This document shows, piece after piece, positions 23,716 through 34,188 of a stretch of 49,575 nt of DNA (the first letter of the stretch is position 1; each line of letters begins with the position of its first letter). Position numbers and translations under genes: made by a program. Below the pieces are notes generated by a model, which was given only the letters and a program-made list of their open reading frames with translations, had not been told where the DNA came from and ran no database searches. The stretch is from a virus: IMG/VR virus record IMGVR_UViG_3300035310_000011, positions 1 to 49,575 of that record. One strand, 5' to 3'.

Positions 23716-24825
23716 ATGCCGACACAATACTCGCATTTAGTAAATAGCAGTGGAACGATTATCAATACTTTTTCTGGCAGACAATACGCAAACCCGGTAG
23801 AGCTCGCGGCTGATTTGGGTATTCAACCGCATGAAATAGAGTGGGGAAGAATAAGGCAAGAGTTTCAAGCGCCGCCCGCTCCTACGCCCGCGCCTGTGCC
23901 TGCACCTGCACCCGCGCCTACGCCCGAGCCCACGCCCGCTCCTACGCCTACGCCCGAGCCCACGCCCGCTCCTACGCCTACGCCCGAGCCTACGCCTGCT
24001 TCTACTGCAGTGCCTCAGCCAAAGAGTATAGCAGATAAACAGCCTGATGCTCCAAATAGATTCAAATTTAGAGAATCGGAAACATACAAAAATTTATCCG
24101 AGAACGCAAAAGCGTTTGTGGAGATGGCTTACAATGCCATTGAGTTTGGGAACGAACAGGATGCTAAGATTTTTAGTGACGCTATTACACAGGCAAAGGC
24201 AATAGCCGACCCCTATTTCAAGGCGCAACTTGGTCTTGCCGAAGCGGAAGTAAAGGGAGCAATTTCTGAACGGCAGGGAGATTTTCAAACAAAATCAGAA
24301 ATAGTTTCAAGAACAAAACGGGAACTTCTTGAAGATATTAAATTAAGCAAAGATTTTCTTACACTTGAACAACAGGCAGAAATGGTACGTCTCGGCAGGG
24401 ACTACGATCAGGACCTTCTTACTATTTCGGACCAAGCCGCGGAAAAAGGGCTTACTTTCGCGACCGGCGCGAGAAGCCGAATGGAAGCAGAGCGCAGAAG
24501 AACGGAAAAATTTCAGGATGTAGTTCAGTCCAGCCAACGTTTGCATAACCTAAAAGTTAAAGAGCTTGAACTACGCGCTTCCCGGGGAGATATAAAAGCG
24601 CAAAAAGATCTTGAGGCACTGCAAGAAGAAAGAAAGTTTTCGCTTCAAAGGATAGGGCGCGCCGCCGAGGAAGTATTGGGTTCAGCTAGGGCCGGCACTA
24701 TGGGTCTTGGAGCTGAAGGATTTGCTCCAGTCGGAGAAGCTATAGGTCGAGTAGAAGAAGAAAAACGAAGAGCGGTTATCTCCGATGTTGGGGCGCTAAC
24801 TGAACTTCAGCGTAACTTTTTATAA
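23716..24825 (+). CDS. Structural-module protein with a Pro/Thr/Ala/Glu repeat linker and a coiled-coil C-terminal half (369 aa)
   Basis: PAPTPAPVPAPAPAPTPEPTPAPTPTPEPTPAPTPTPEPTPAS followed by charged helical sequence. Confidence 0.65.
   Translation: MPTQYSHLVNSSGTIINTFSGRQYANPVELAADLGIQPHEIEWGRIRQEFQAPPAPTPAPVPAPAPAPTPEPTPAPTPTPEPTPAPTPTPEPTPASTAVPQPKSIADKQPDAPNRFKFRESETYKNLSENAKAFVEMAYNAIEFGNEQDAKIFSDAITQAKAIADPYFKAQLGLAEAEVKGAISERQGDFQTKSEIVSRTKRELLEDIKLSKDFLTLEQQAEMVRLGRDYDQDLLTISDQAAEKGLTFATGARSRMEAERRRTEKFQDVVQSSQRLHNLKVKELELRASRGDIKAQKDLEALQEERKFSLQRIGRAAEEVLGSARAGTMGLGAEGFAPVGEAIGRVEEEKRRAVISDVGALTELQRNFL
23917..23996 (+). repeat. 30-nt tandem repeat (cctacgcccgagcccacgcccgctcctacg), about 2.7 copies, encoding (PTPEPTPAPT)n
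   Basis: Copies at 23917-23946 and 23947-23976, plus a partial third copy. Confidence 0.85.
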
Positions 24826-24829
24826 AAAT

Positions 24830-26053
24830 ATGCCATCACACACACTATTTGAATATTACAGGTCGCAAGGTAGAAGCCTACCCCCCATATTAGAGCGCGC
24901 TCAACTTTGGGAAAATCTTGGTCTTGGGAAAGCAAAAGATTATACGGGTAGCGTGCAACAGAATCCCCGTCTTTTGTCTGCTCTTCAGGCGAAGCCCGCG
25001 ACAGCCCCAGGCGCAACCGCAGACCAGACCGCAAAACTTCCACCCATTGCTAGCGTAACTCCTCCCACTGGCACGGGGGTATCAAAAGTTAGTGATCTTG
25101 GGAATCTCCGCATTGCTTTAAGGGATGCTCTCAACGAAGCAGGCAGAGAAAGACAGGTTTCTAGGCTTCAACAAACTTTCCCCCTTGCCGAGGGGGTACC
25201 CGGATCATTGAAGTCCATTGTGGATATGGTTCGGGGCAGCGTTCGCGCTCCTGTCGAAAGCGTTTTCAAGGATGTTCTTCAGACAGTTACGGAGGAGTTT
25301 CAGACAACAAAGAACTTTGCCCTTACGATGGCTTCAAAGTACATTGATGCTGGCGTGATTAGCACGGATACGCCGGAAATTGTTTTATCAAAAATTCAGC
25401 AATCTGATTCATATAAAAATGAACAAAGCAAAGCTCCTGATGTCATTGATACTGGGGAAAATGGATATTATCAATGGAACAGTTTGACAAAAAGCTGGGA
25501 AGCAGCTAAGGGCATCCCTCGGGGCGGAGTAGACGGCATTCCTGCTCCTAGTATGATGGATGTTTATATTAAAGATGCAGAGAGGCGCGGCCTTGAGGCG
25601 GTTTTGAATGAGCTCGGAACATCAGAAGGTGCGCGCGAATTAAAATTAAAGATTACAGACGCCTATTATAATGTTCCAAGAGTTTGGGAAGATGAAGAGA
25701 TACGAAGAACAGTAAGAAACGCCCGCGCGAAGAATCAAACATACCAAACAGTTATTGATGAGTTTAGTTCATCTTCAAGAATTGCTAATAAAGACAGGGC
25801 TAGGTTTATAGCCGCAGAAATGTTCGGAGTTATTGCTCCGGGTACTCCCTTTGAAGAACAGCAGATACAAGAACCGGCACAAAAATCACCCGCAATTCCC
25901 GGACTAATGCCAAGTTCATTACTAACGCCTCCCGCTAAAAAGAAAAGTCCTCTAACTGTCACGGGAGGAAGAAAGAAAGATCCATTACTTGAATATACTC
26001 GCCCAGAATCCTTGGAAATGTTCCCTGACTTTATAAATAATTTATACGAGTAA
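24830..26053 (+). CDS. Hypothetical structural-module protein (407 aa)
   Basis: Long ORF, tightly packed. Confidence 0.7.
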   Translation: MPSHTLFEYYRSQGRSLPPILERAQLWENLGLGKAKDYTGSVQQNPRLLSALQAKPATAPGATADQTAKLPPIASVTPPTGTGVSKVSDLGNLRIALRDALNEAGRERQVSRLQQTFPLAEGVPGSLKSIVDMVRGSVRAPVESVFKDVLQTVTEEFQTTKNFALTMASKYIDAGVISTDTPEIVLSKIQQSDSYKNEQSKAPDVIDTGENGYYQWNSLTKSWEAAKGIPRGGVDGIPAPSMMDVYIKDAERRGLEAVLNELGTSEGARELKLKITDAYYNVPRVWEDEEIRRTVRNARAKNQTYQTVIDEFSSSSRIANKDRARFIAAEMFGVIAPGTPFEEQQIQEPAQKSPAIPGLMPSSLLTPPAKKKSPLTVTGGRKKDPLLEYTRPESLEMFPDFINNLYE

Positions 26054-26054
26054 T

Positions 26055-29000
26055 ATGCCATTTAGCTGGGACGACGAAAATCGAACATCAAGTTCTACTT
26101 TTAGTTGGGATAGGGAAATCCCTAAGCCGGAAACTCCTTTTACCGCAAAAGTAGAAGAAGCCGGATATGAGGTACCCGATGGCTCGGGGTGGTCTTTATT
26201 CGGCGATAGATTCAAGAACACCCTTGTCGGTGTTCTTGATGTTCTGCGGACCGGAGAATACGCGATGGGAGGAGTTATGAGCGGGAAGAGTCCCATAACC
26301 GGCATAAGGGAAAAAATCAGTCCCTCCGAAGCGCTCAAGATAGCGGATGACGAAACTTCTCTTTGGTCAAAGCGGGGCTTAGGCGCCCTTGCCGTTGATA
26401 TTCTTCTCGATCCTACAACTTACCTTACTTTTGGGACCGCCGGGGTTATGAAGCTTGTCACTAAGGGGGGACAGGTTGCTCTTACAAAATCGGGCAGAAA
26501 ACTTATGCGCGAGATGATTAGTAAGGGAGCAGATGATAGTACGGCACGAAGCACAATGGCCAAAATCATAGAAGAAGGCGGGGAAGAAGCGACAAAGAAG
26601 TATATCGCAAAGTCGGGGTTGAAGTTTATGGGAAAAGTTTTTATTCCCGAAGCCAACTTTCGCGCTGCGGGTAAAGTCATCAATATGCTTCCCGGGGCTA
26701 ACAGGACCCGAAAAGTAGGAGGCGGATTCGCCAAGGCGTTTGTTCCATTTCGGGACATAGATCATCTTCCCGCTCTTGCCGGGGGGCAAGCAACTTTTAC
26801 GGATTTTCTTTATAAACCGTTCCAGAGACAAATGCGCTATGAGATTTTTAAGGGCCTCGATGAGATTAAGGGTATAGCCCAAAAATCTGTTAAGCAATAT
26901 GGAGTTGATGTTGGTAGAAGGTTGGGAGAAATTGTGGAGAGCAAGAAGTTAAGCGGCGATGTTTTTTTAGATAACATCGTTACTCAATACAGAAAAGACG
27001 CGGATATAATGTTTGATATTGAAAAAGCAACGGGCAAGAAGATGGGCAAAGTACAGGGATACCTCCGACACTATCTCACGGAAGATGCCAGAGATTTCCT
27101 TACAAAGGGTATCGATTTTGATTTTCAAAAAGCCCTGCCCATTGCCTTGCGGGTAAAATTACAGGCCGCGAAGTCAAGAAGTATGCCCGGAGTTATCAAG
27201 GAAATAAATGCCTTTATGAGGGAAAAGTATGAGGTCCCCAAGTTTTTTGAGGAGGACTTTTTTAAATCGTGGGCGAAGCGGCGGGCTGAACATATAAGGT
27301 TTGTCAATACAACAAAGTTTCTTGAAGATGTGAAGGCGCGGTTTGGAGTACGGACGGATAAGCTTAGTGAGAGCGGAGTGAAACAGACGAAGTTGCCCAT
27401 ACAGCCGGAGTTGCCAAAGGTTCCTATTGCAAAAGCAATCTCTCCTGACTTCCAACCCCTCGCCCAAGAAGCAAGGAAGTATAAGAGTGCGGAGGAGTTT
27501 GTAAGGGGGCAAGAGCGACTATTTACGGGACAAGTAGGAAAGTTTGACCCACAAAAAGTTACAGGGAGAGGAGTATCTTTAACTCCAAGTAGAAGTGCGG
27601 CTGCTGACTTTGCAGATGCAAGAGGATTAGATATAAGTGTTACAGAACTATTTTTAGATAAAAATGTAAAAATATTGCTTACAGACAAAATTCCTGCGAA
27701 TATCAAAGTTCCACTTGAACAAGCAAATAAAACATTAAAGGAGTTCTCCAAAAAACCTTTCAATTTTGCTAAAGCTACGACGCAAGAGGTAAAAATTCAA
27801 GACGAAACATTTAATCGTTTAGTAAAAGAGGTTCAAGACCTACAAAAACCAGTTCGTGATTTTGCCAAAGAACAAGGTTTTGATGGAGTTAGAATGCCAG
27901 AGTTAGAAGGAGAAATTGTTGTTTTTAACCCCGATGTTCTCAAAACCAAATCCCAACTCATCGACTTCTATAACCAAGCGGTGAGGGGGGTACTTCCCGA
28001 AATTCCTCAAATTCCCGGTGCGAAGATTGTTTCTATCGCTGGTGAAGCCGTAGAAGAAGCACCAAGAGTAGCTGATAAACTTCAGCCAACATCGATGGGC
28101 GATGTCTACATTTCTAATGACGGAGTGAAGTATATTGCCTCGAATAATCCGAACTTAAAAGGATTCCTTATCCCGGAGCCCATTGTTCGCCATGTGGATA
28201 AAGCGCTTGACGTTTTGACAAACGAAGAAACATTGGGAAAGTTTTTAAAATTGTATGATAAAAGTTTAGCCCTATGGAAAGCAAACGTAACGGGAATGTT
28301 CATAGCTTTTCATACCCGAAATGCAATAGGCGGCACTTTTAATAATTGGCTCGCCGGGATAAAAGCCGTGGATCAGCTTGATACTGAACGTATTTTGCAA
28401 GGATCGGATCATCTCATAAAGACAGACATAGGGACGGTCTACCACGGTCAGGCCGTGCGAGATCTCGCGGAACGATTCGGCGTGATGGGCCAGCCCGGGC
28501 AAATGGACGTGTATAGGAAGTCCGAAGAGATGATCAATGAACTGGGAGCTACGGGGATGAAGTGGGCAAAACTTAAATTAAGTTATGCTCCGCGTTTCGC
28601 AATGGAGCAGGTTGAAAATCGTTTGCGCCTTCCTTTATTTATCAATCGTATAAAAAAGGGGTACAGTCCCGGAGACGCGGCCAAAGATGTATTCAAATTT
28701 CATTTTGACTACATGCCGGAAACGGGCCTTACCCCATTTGAAAGAACGGCGATGAAAAGAATATTTCCCTTTTATGTCTGGATGCGAAATAATGTCCCAC
28801 TTCAGATAGAGATGATGTTAAAGCAACCGGGAAAGTACGCGGGCATTGAAAAGATAAGACAACACATGATAGGACCGGACGCAAAGCCCGGGGAAGAAGA
28901 AAAGGGTCTAAGGGCAGAAATGAAGTGGCTTCCCGATTGGATGAAGGAAATGTTTATTTTTCCTGCGGGTCTAAAAGACGAAGCGGGAAAAGCGCTCTGG

Positions 29001-29588
29001 ACGCAACTTGATTTGCCGTTGGATGATATAAAAATGTTGCCTATTTCTTCGTCCGGCATAAGAGAGATTGCTTCCGCAATGTCTCCGTTTCTAAAATTTC
29101 CTATGGAAAGGTACTTTAATAAAAGCATGTATTTTGGAGGCGACATTTGGAATGATGACTTGCCGCGCGAACTACAAACAAGACAAACAATTGAGGAGTT
29201 GAAACATCTTCCTTCTCCTGTTAAAAAGTTTCTAAATTTTCGCGAGGTGAAGTATCGGGATTGGACTGACAAAAATAACATTTCTTTCAAGACGCGCTAT
29301 GAGATGGACGCGCGCAAGCTTCATATTATAAACTCTTTTCTTGGCCGTTACTATTCTACTTTGAAAGGAACTTTTGATGAGGAAATTCCAGCCGCGTGGA
29401 AGGCATCAAGATATGTCGGCGGTGTTCCGGTGCGTTCCTTTGATATTGAAGAAGAGAAAGGCAAGCGTCTTTTTGAACAGGAAAAAAGGGCGCAGGCAAT
29501 GCTTCAATATCTGAAGCAACATAATATTATTCCTTACGAACGCCGCAATAAAGGACCTGCGGGCGGAAAAGCATTTAGTTGGGACTAA
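26055..29588 (+). CDS. Very large virion-module protein (1177 aa); candidate internal/ejected or tape-measure-like multidomain protein
   Basis: Largest ORF in the genome and part of the structural operon. No definitive motif. Confidence 0.7.
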   Translation: MPFSWDDENRTSSSTFSWDREIPKPETPFTAKVEEAGYEVPDGSGWSLFGDRFKNTLVGVLDVLRTGEYAMGGVMSGKSPITGIREKISPSEALKIADDETSLWSKRGLGALAVDILLDPTTYLTFGTAGVMKLVTKGGQVALTKSGRKLMREMISKGADDSTARSTMAKIIEEGGEEATKKYIAKSGLKFMGKVFIPEANFRAAGKVINMLPGANRTRKVGGGFAKAFVPFRDIDHLPALAGGQATFTDFLYKPFQRQMRYEIFKGLDEIKGIAQKSVKQYGVDVGRRLGEIVESKKLSGDVFLDNIVTQYRKDADIMFDIEKATGKKMGKVQGYLRHYLTEDARDFLTKGIDFDFQKALPIALRVKLQAAKSRSMPGVIKEINAFMREKYEVPKFFEEDFFKSWAKRRAEHIRFVNTTKFLEDVKARFGVRTDKLSESGVKQTKLPIQPELPKVPIAKAISPDFQPLAQEARKYKSAEEFVRGQERLFTGQVGKFDPQKVTGRGVSLTPSRSAAADFADARGLDISVTELFLDKNVKILLTDKIPANIKVPLEQANKTLKEFSKKPFNFAKATTQEVKIQDETFNRLVKEVQDLQKPVRDFAKEQGFDGVRMPELEGEIVVFNPDVLKTKSQLIDFYNQAVRGVLPEIPQIPGAKIVSIAGEAVEEAPRVADKLQPTSMGDVYISNDGVKYIASNNPNLKGFLIPEPIVRHVDKALDVLTNEETLGKFLKLYDKSLALWKANVTGMFIAFHTRNAIGGTFNNWLAGIKAVDQLDTERILQGSDHLIKTDIGTVYHGQAVRDLAERFGVMGQPGQMDVYRKSEEMINELGATGMKWAKLKLSYAPRFAMEQVENRLRLPLFINRIKKGYSPGDAAKDVFKFHFDYMPETGLTPFERTAMKRIFPFYVWMRNNVPLQIEMMLKQPGKYAGIEKIRQHMIGPDAKPGEEEKGLRAEMKWLPDWMKEMFIFPAGLKDEAGKALWTQLDLPLDDIKMLPISSSGIREIASAMSPFLKFPMERYFNKSMYFGGDIWNDDLPRELQTRQTIEELKHLPSPVKKFLNFREVKYRDWTDKNNISFKTRYEMDARKLHIINSFLGRYYSTLKGTFDEEIPAAWKASRYVGGVPVRSFDIEEEKGKRLFEQEKRAQAMLQYLKQHNIIPYERRNKGPAGGKAFSWD

Positions 29589-29589
29589 A

Positions 29590-31020
29590 ATGGCAAGACT
29601 ACAAGACACAATCAAATGGAGGGATATGTCTGCCGGCAATGTGCAGCGCGTTTCTTCCGATATAGCGATACCTAACTCGGTTCCGTTTTCAATGAACCTT
29701 ATTTATGACAGGGTTCTTGGAGAAGCGATATCCCGCGAAGGAACGGCTATTGTTGGCAGTCAGCTTTCGGCCGGCAATTCTTGCCTGGGGCTTCACCATC
29801 ACATTGATACTACAGTCGCGAACAGCAGGCTTGTTGCGGGGTTCAACGGAACTATTTTCAATGCGTTAAACGGGAACTCCGACGTTGCAAACCTTAACGC
29901 TACTGCGAGAATGAGATTCGCCACCTTTTTGAACTCAACTATTATGCTTAACGGAGTGACGGCAAACGCGCGGTCATTTGCTTCCGGAGGATGGTCAAGC
30001 ACGGGAGGGGCATGGAATGTGAACGGAGTTCCTGCGGGCGCGCAATTCCCCATAGAGTGGAAAGATAGGGGATATTGTTTAGTTACGGATCGACTTTACT
30101 ACACCGCTACGCCATCGGGAGGAGCTATCAACTGGACAGCGACAGGATCGGGAAGCATACAGGTGGAGCAGGAAGACGGAGGCGGAACTGGGACGGCGTT
30201 AAATAAAGTACCTGGATACTTAATGATCTACAAGCGGCGAAGTCTTAAACGGTGGAACTTTGATTCCAGTTTCCCGGAAGATTTAGTAAATATAGGCACG
30301 CAGTCGGCGGAAAGCGTTGTGCGTGCGAGGGGCAAGAACTACTTCTTTTTTGGACCTAAGGGATTCTATGAAACAAACGGAGGGTATCCAAAACTTATTT
30401 CGCGCCCCATACAGCGCATTGTAGATGCTATCGCAAGTTCTTTCTACGCGAATGTAAACGGCTGGAGCGACAATGAACATATCTATTGGTCTATTGGAGA
30501 CATTACGGTTAATTTTGACAGAGGGTTTACGGAAACATACACAAATGTTGTAGCCCGATACACTATAGATACCGAACAGTGGGCGCCTCTCCGTTATTCT
30601 CAAGAGTTCAGACAACTTCATCAATATCTTAGCGGAGACGACTTGTTGATTGTGGGAGGAGATACGGACGGGAATATCATTCAGCTCAATACCGGCAATA
30701 TAGATCACGGAAGCAACGCGATTATTTATATTTTACAATCTCCGGAGTTTGACTTTGGGTCTAGGGCAAATCTAAAAACAGTTTCGGAAAAAATCATCGT
30801 TCACTCTGACGGAACTCACGGCGCGGAACTTCAAAGAAGGCTTGATTATGGTCTATGGAAAAGCATAGGAGATCTGGGAGATATTGTAAGTGAAGTAAAA
30901 GTTCAGCCCATGACTGCTCATGTTTTTGAGTATAGAGTTGTTGACAGCATAACGGGAGAACAGATAAAACTTCGTGGACTCGACTTTCCTAACGTTGATT
31001 TGCACGATAGAATTTTATAA
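29590..31020 (+). CDS. Hypothetical tail-module protein (476 aa)
   Basis: Long ORF starting 1 nt after the previous stop. Confidence 0.7.
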   Translation: MARLQDTIKWRDMSAGNVQRVSSDIAIPNSVPFSMNLIYDRVLGEAISREGTAIVGSQLSAGNSCLGLHHHIDTTVANSRLVAGFNGTIFNALNGNSDVANLNATARMRFATFLNSTIMLNGVTANARSFASGGWSSTGGAWNVNGVPAGAQFPIEWKDRGYCLVTDRLYYTATPSGGAINWTATGSGSIQVEQEDGGGTGTALNKVPGYLMIYKRRSLKRWNFDSSFPEDLVNIGTQSAESVVRARGKNYFFFGPKGFYETNGGYPKLISRPIQRIVDAIASSFYANVNGWSDNEHIYWSIGDITVNFDRGFTETYTNVVARYTIDTEQWAPLRYSQEFRQLHQYLSGDDLLIVGGDTDGNIIQLNTGNIDHGSNAIIYILQSPEFDFGSRANLKTVSEKIIVHSDGTHGAELQRRLDYGLWKSIGDLGDIVSEVKVQPMTAHVFEYRVVDSITGEQIKLRGLDFPNVDLHDRIL

Positions 31021-31030
31021 GTCGCAGACT

Positions 31031-33148
31031 ATGTCTATTTTTACAGACAACATTGGATACACCATCCTCGACCTCGGATTTGAGAAGAGTCTTACCAAGG
31101 CGTTGCTTGCATTACAGCAACCGTCTACGTCTGCTCCGCCCGAAATGGCAAATGTATTTACATCTGGAACTTCTCCTAAAAACATTATAGCGGGAGAACT
31201 TATTTCTAGCTTAGAACAAAGCTCGGGAGTTATTTTTTCGGGAAAGACATCTTTTTCGGATACGACAAATGGATACCGAATGGGCATAGATGCTTCCGAC
31301 CTTCTATTCAGGCTCACAATTGGGACCACAGGACAGCAACTGGACTGGAACGTGACAACCGCCAATACCTTAACGATTTCCGGAGCTCTTGCGGCAGGTT
31401 CCATAGACATAGGGGGCGCTGACGCGACTTCCTTTCATGTTGATACAGACGCCAACATGTGGCTTGGAGCCGCGACCTTCGCTGCGGGACCGTTCCGAGT
31501 TACAAACACTGGAGCCGCGACAGCTACTTCTATCACGATTACCGGCGGCTCAATATCCAGTACGCCGATTTCTTCAATACCCAACAATACTTCCACTGAC
31601 ATTTCACTTCTTGAGTTTACCCACAATCTCGTGTTTTCCGTTACAGATGCGGACACAATCGCTTGGACTGCTGGAACGATAAACCTTTCCAACGGCAGGA
31701 CATTTGCAATAGTTGCGGGAAATACTGGGAATATGTTAGCTCTCACCTACATTTTTCTTGACACCGCAGTTTCTTCCACAATTCTTCAGACAACCACGAC
31801 TTTTTCAGCCGCGATAGGGGCTAATAGATCATTAATTGGCACAGCTCAAAACCAAACAGTAACAGCTTCATTCGTTCCGCAGAGCGGGGGAGGATTACCC
31901 CTAGTAGATGGAGCGCAGATAGGAGCATTGTCTATTGTCGCGGGAAATATAGCTGCTTCTACAATTACCGCGGGAAAGATGAGCGTATCGCAACTTTCCG
32001 CCATTACTGCGGACTTGGGCGCTATAACCGCAGGTTCTATCGTAGTGCCGTCGGGAGGGTTTATCCGTTCTGGACAGACCGCTTTTGATACTGGAACTGG
32101 CTGGTACATTGCTAACGACGCAGGAACGCCTAGGTTTTCTATAGGAGTAGGAGGGAGTACGCCTTCTTTAACTTGGAATGGAACGAGCTTAACCGTTAGA
32201 GCTGATATTTTAGCAGGAGGACTGTTGGGAGTTGGAACTGGCGGCGATGGGGCATTATCAATAGCTGCGGGGACTACGAATATAGACGCTTTAAGCGCCC
32301 AAATAGTTGTCAGGAATCACACCTCTATATCCATCACAGGAACGGGGGCCTTGGGACTTATAAATCCAGGGACTAATGGGACAATTCTTATTCTTAAAAG
32401 CCAGGGGAATGTGACCCTTACATCTACAGCAGCCGCTTTGATAGACGTTTCAAGCGATGGCCCGGCCGGAGGCACTGGAGGAGCTATTGGCGCCAATGGT
32501 TCAGTAGGGTCTGATGCGTCGAGTACTATAACCTTGCCTACTGGCGGATCAGGAGGAATCAACAATGGAGCGGGTGGAGCTGCCGGATCGCGAGTTCTTG
32601 TTCTAAAAAGTTCTTTCAACACGATAAGGGCGCAATGTGGTTCTGCTGGCGGGGGCGGGGCAGGTTCGGGAAGTCAGATTGGTGGCGACGGAGGAAGGGG
32701 TGGGGGGTGCGTGATTATAATCTGTGGAGGCGCATTAAATTTTACAGGCACTATTTTAGCAAATGGGGCTGTTGGCGCTAATGGCGTTAATGACGCTGCA
32801 AACTCTGGTAGTGGAGGCGGAGGCGGAGGTGCAGCAGGCTCGGTTACTATTATCTACAATGTTTTAACTGCGAATACCGGAACGATAACTACGAATGGAG
32901 GTAATGGCGGGAATGGAGGAAGCGGTTCTAATACTGCCGGTTCTGGCGGCGGCGGTGGAGGAGGCGGAAGTAATAGAGTATTAGGCGGGGCGGGTGGCGC
33001 GGAAACTACTGCTGGTTCTGCTGGTACTGCGGATGAAGATACTGCCGGTACTGGCGGAGCTGACGGTGGAATCGAAAATGACGCAGGCGGAGGTGGCGGC
33101 GGAGGAGCTTCGGGTTATTCTTTGGTAGCATCGTTTAATACAGTATGA
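31031..33148 (+). CDS. Tail fibre/spike-like protein with a poly-Gly-rich C-terminal region
   Basis: I prefer the ATG at 31031 (MSIFTDNIGYT) over the track start at 30974. C-terminal blocks such as SGSGGGGGGAAGSVTIIYNVLTANTGTITTNGGNGGNGGSGSNTAGSGGGGGGGGSN. Confidence 0.6.
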   Translation: MSIFTDNIGYTILDLGFEKSLTKALLALQQPSTSAPPEMANVFTSGTSPKNIIAGELISSLEQSSGVIFSGKTSFSDTTNGYRMGIDASDLLFRLTIGTTGQQLDWNVTTANTLTISGALAAGSIDIGGADATSFHVDTDANMWLGAATFAAGPFRVTNTGAATATSITITGGSISSTPISSIPNNTSTDISLLEFTHNLVFSVTDADTIAWTAGTINLSNGRTFAIVAGNTGNMLALTYIFLDTAVSSTILQTTTTFSAAIGANRSLIGTAQNQTVTASFVPQSGGGLPLVDGAQIGALSIVAGNIAASTITAGKMSVSQLSAITADLGAITAGSIVVPSGGFIRSGQTAFDTGTGWYIANDAGTPRFSIGVGGSTPSLTWNGTSLTVRADILAGGLLGVGTGGDGALSIAAGTTNIDALSAQIVVRNHTSISITGTGALGLINPGTNGTILILKSQGNVTLTSTAAALIDVSSDGPAGGTGGAIGANGSVGSDASSTITLPTGGSGGINNGAGGAAGSRVLVLKSSFNTIRAQCGSAGGGGAGSGSQIGGDGGRGGGCVIIICGGALNFTGTILANGAVGANGVNDAANSGSGGGGGGAAGSVTIIYNVLTANTGTITTNGGNGGNGGSGSNTAGSGGGGGGGGSNRVLGGAGGAETTAGSAGTADEDTAGTGGADGGIENDAGGGGGGGASGYSLVASFNTV

Positions 33149-33255
33149 TAAAAGCCCTAGAAAAAATAACCGAATATATAGTAGTTATAGCAGGCATTGC
33201 GTTCTTGTTTGTTTTTGAATTGTTGAATTGGATAAAAGAAATATTTAGAAGATGA
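33145..33255 (+). CDS. Small predicted membrane protein (36 aa: MIKALEKITEYIVVIAGIAFLFVFELLNWIKEIFRR)
   Basis: Translated by hand. Start and stop overlap the two neighbouring genes. One hydrophobic segment. Confidence 0.4.
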   Translation: MIKALEKITEYIVVIAGIAFLFVFELLNWIKEIFRR

Positions 33256-34046
33256 AAGCTGAAATCAAATTACTGGTCATAATAGATGCCGCGATAGACT
33301 ATCTTCCTCAAATAGAGGAAGCCCTTGAAAAACAAAAACAAGATTATTTAACCGCTACACAGGGCGAGGTAGATGTGTCTTGGATAATTAAGCGACAAGA
33401 TTTGTCCCATCTTCCGTGGATGGAGTACGGATATGGAGCAGACAACTACGGAATATCTACCGCCTGGATACGACAGGACACTTCTCAAATATCCGGCGAT
33501 TATTATTCAATCGCGTATGTCATTAAGGACACCAACTGGACCACGCAGGGGAACAAAGCAATAGCGGGCTGGTCGGTAGGATTTTATAGCGGCTACCATG
33601 TTCAACTCATCAAGGGCTTTGGAAATAATGTCGAAGCGAACTATCGCACTTTTTTAATGGAACTGATGCACTCGTGGAACGAATACTCTATGGCTAAACT
33701 TGGAACGGACTTCAATAAGTTATTTTCTGTACTGAACTGGGACGAAGATGTAGTGCACGGAAGACATCCCGATTATACAGTTTTCAAATACATTCCCGTT
33801 ATACAAAAAATAAAAGACATACTAATCCAATTATTTATAATTAACAATAAAACTATGACATGGGGACAAATCAATAAACTATCATTGTTAACTTTCAAAA
33901 GACCCGCAGACGAAAGCATGCGCGGATACGAGGGAAAAGATTTTGATTTTGTGGCGGATGAATTTCTTAAAAGTAAAGAAAACGATATTTACACCCCCTT
34001 GTTCAGGGCCGTGAAAGATATAGAAAACTGGGCGCGCGGACTGTAA
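33252..34046 (+). CDS. Hypothetical protein (264 aa)
   Basis: ORF at the end of the late operon. No catalytic motif recognised. Confidence 0.65.
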   Translation: MKAEIKLLVIIDAAIDYLPQIEEALEKQKQDYLTATQGEVDVSWIIKRQDLSHLPWMEYGYGADNYGISTAWIRQDTSQISGDYYSIAYVIKDTNWTTQGNKAIAGWSVGFYSGYHVQLIKGFGNNVEANYRTFLMELMHSWNEYSMAKLGTDFNKLFSVLNWDEDVVHGRHPDYTVFKYIPVIQKIKDILIQLFIINNKTMTWGQINKLSLLTFKRPADESMRGYEGKDFDFVADEFLKSKENDIYTPLFRAVKDIENWARGL

Positions 34047-34050
34047 AACT

Positions 34051-34188
34051 ATGCATTTATTGGAAAAAACTGTTAGAGAAAGGGCATATAAGGCAGTTAA
34101 GTCCGGAAGATTTTTTATAATACCCGAAGCTAAAGGTCTTAAAAAAATTATACTTAATCTTTGCCTTTGGATAATAAGAAAACTATGA
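34051..34188 (+). CDS. Small hypothetical protein (45 aa)
   Basis: Translated by hand. Its stop overlaps the next ATG (ATGA). Confidence 0.35.
   Translation: MHLLEKTVRERAYKAVKSGRFFIIPEAKGLKKIILNLCLWIIRKL

Noticed and set aside
26379-27763. Antisense ORFs of 172, 112, 212 and 112 aa inside the 1177-aa gene
   Set aside because: They are long but antisense, Ser/Phe/Leu-rich and have no ribosome-binding context. Such long antisense shadows occur in several genes of this genome, so length alone is not persuasive.
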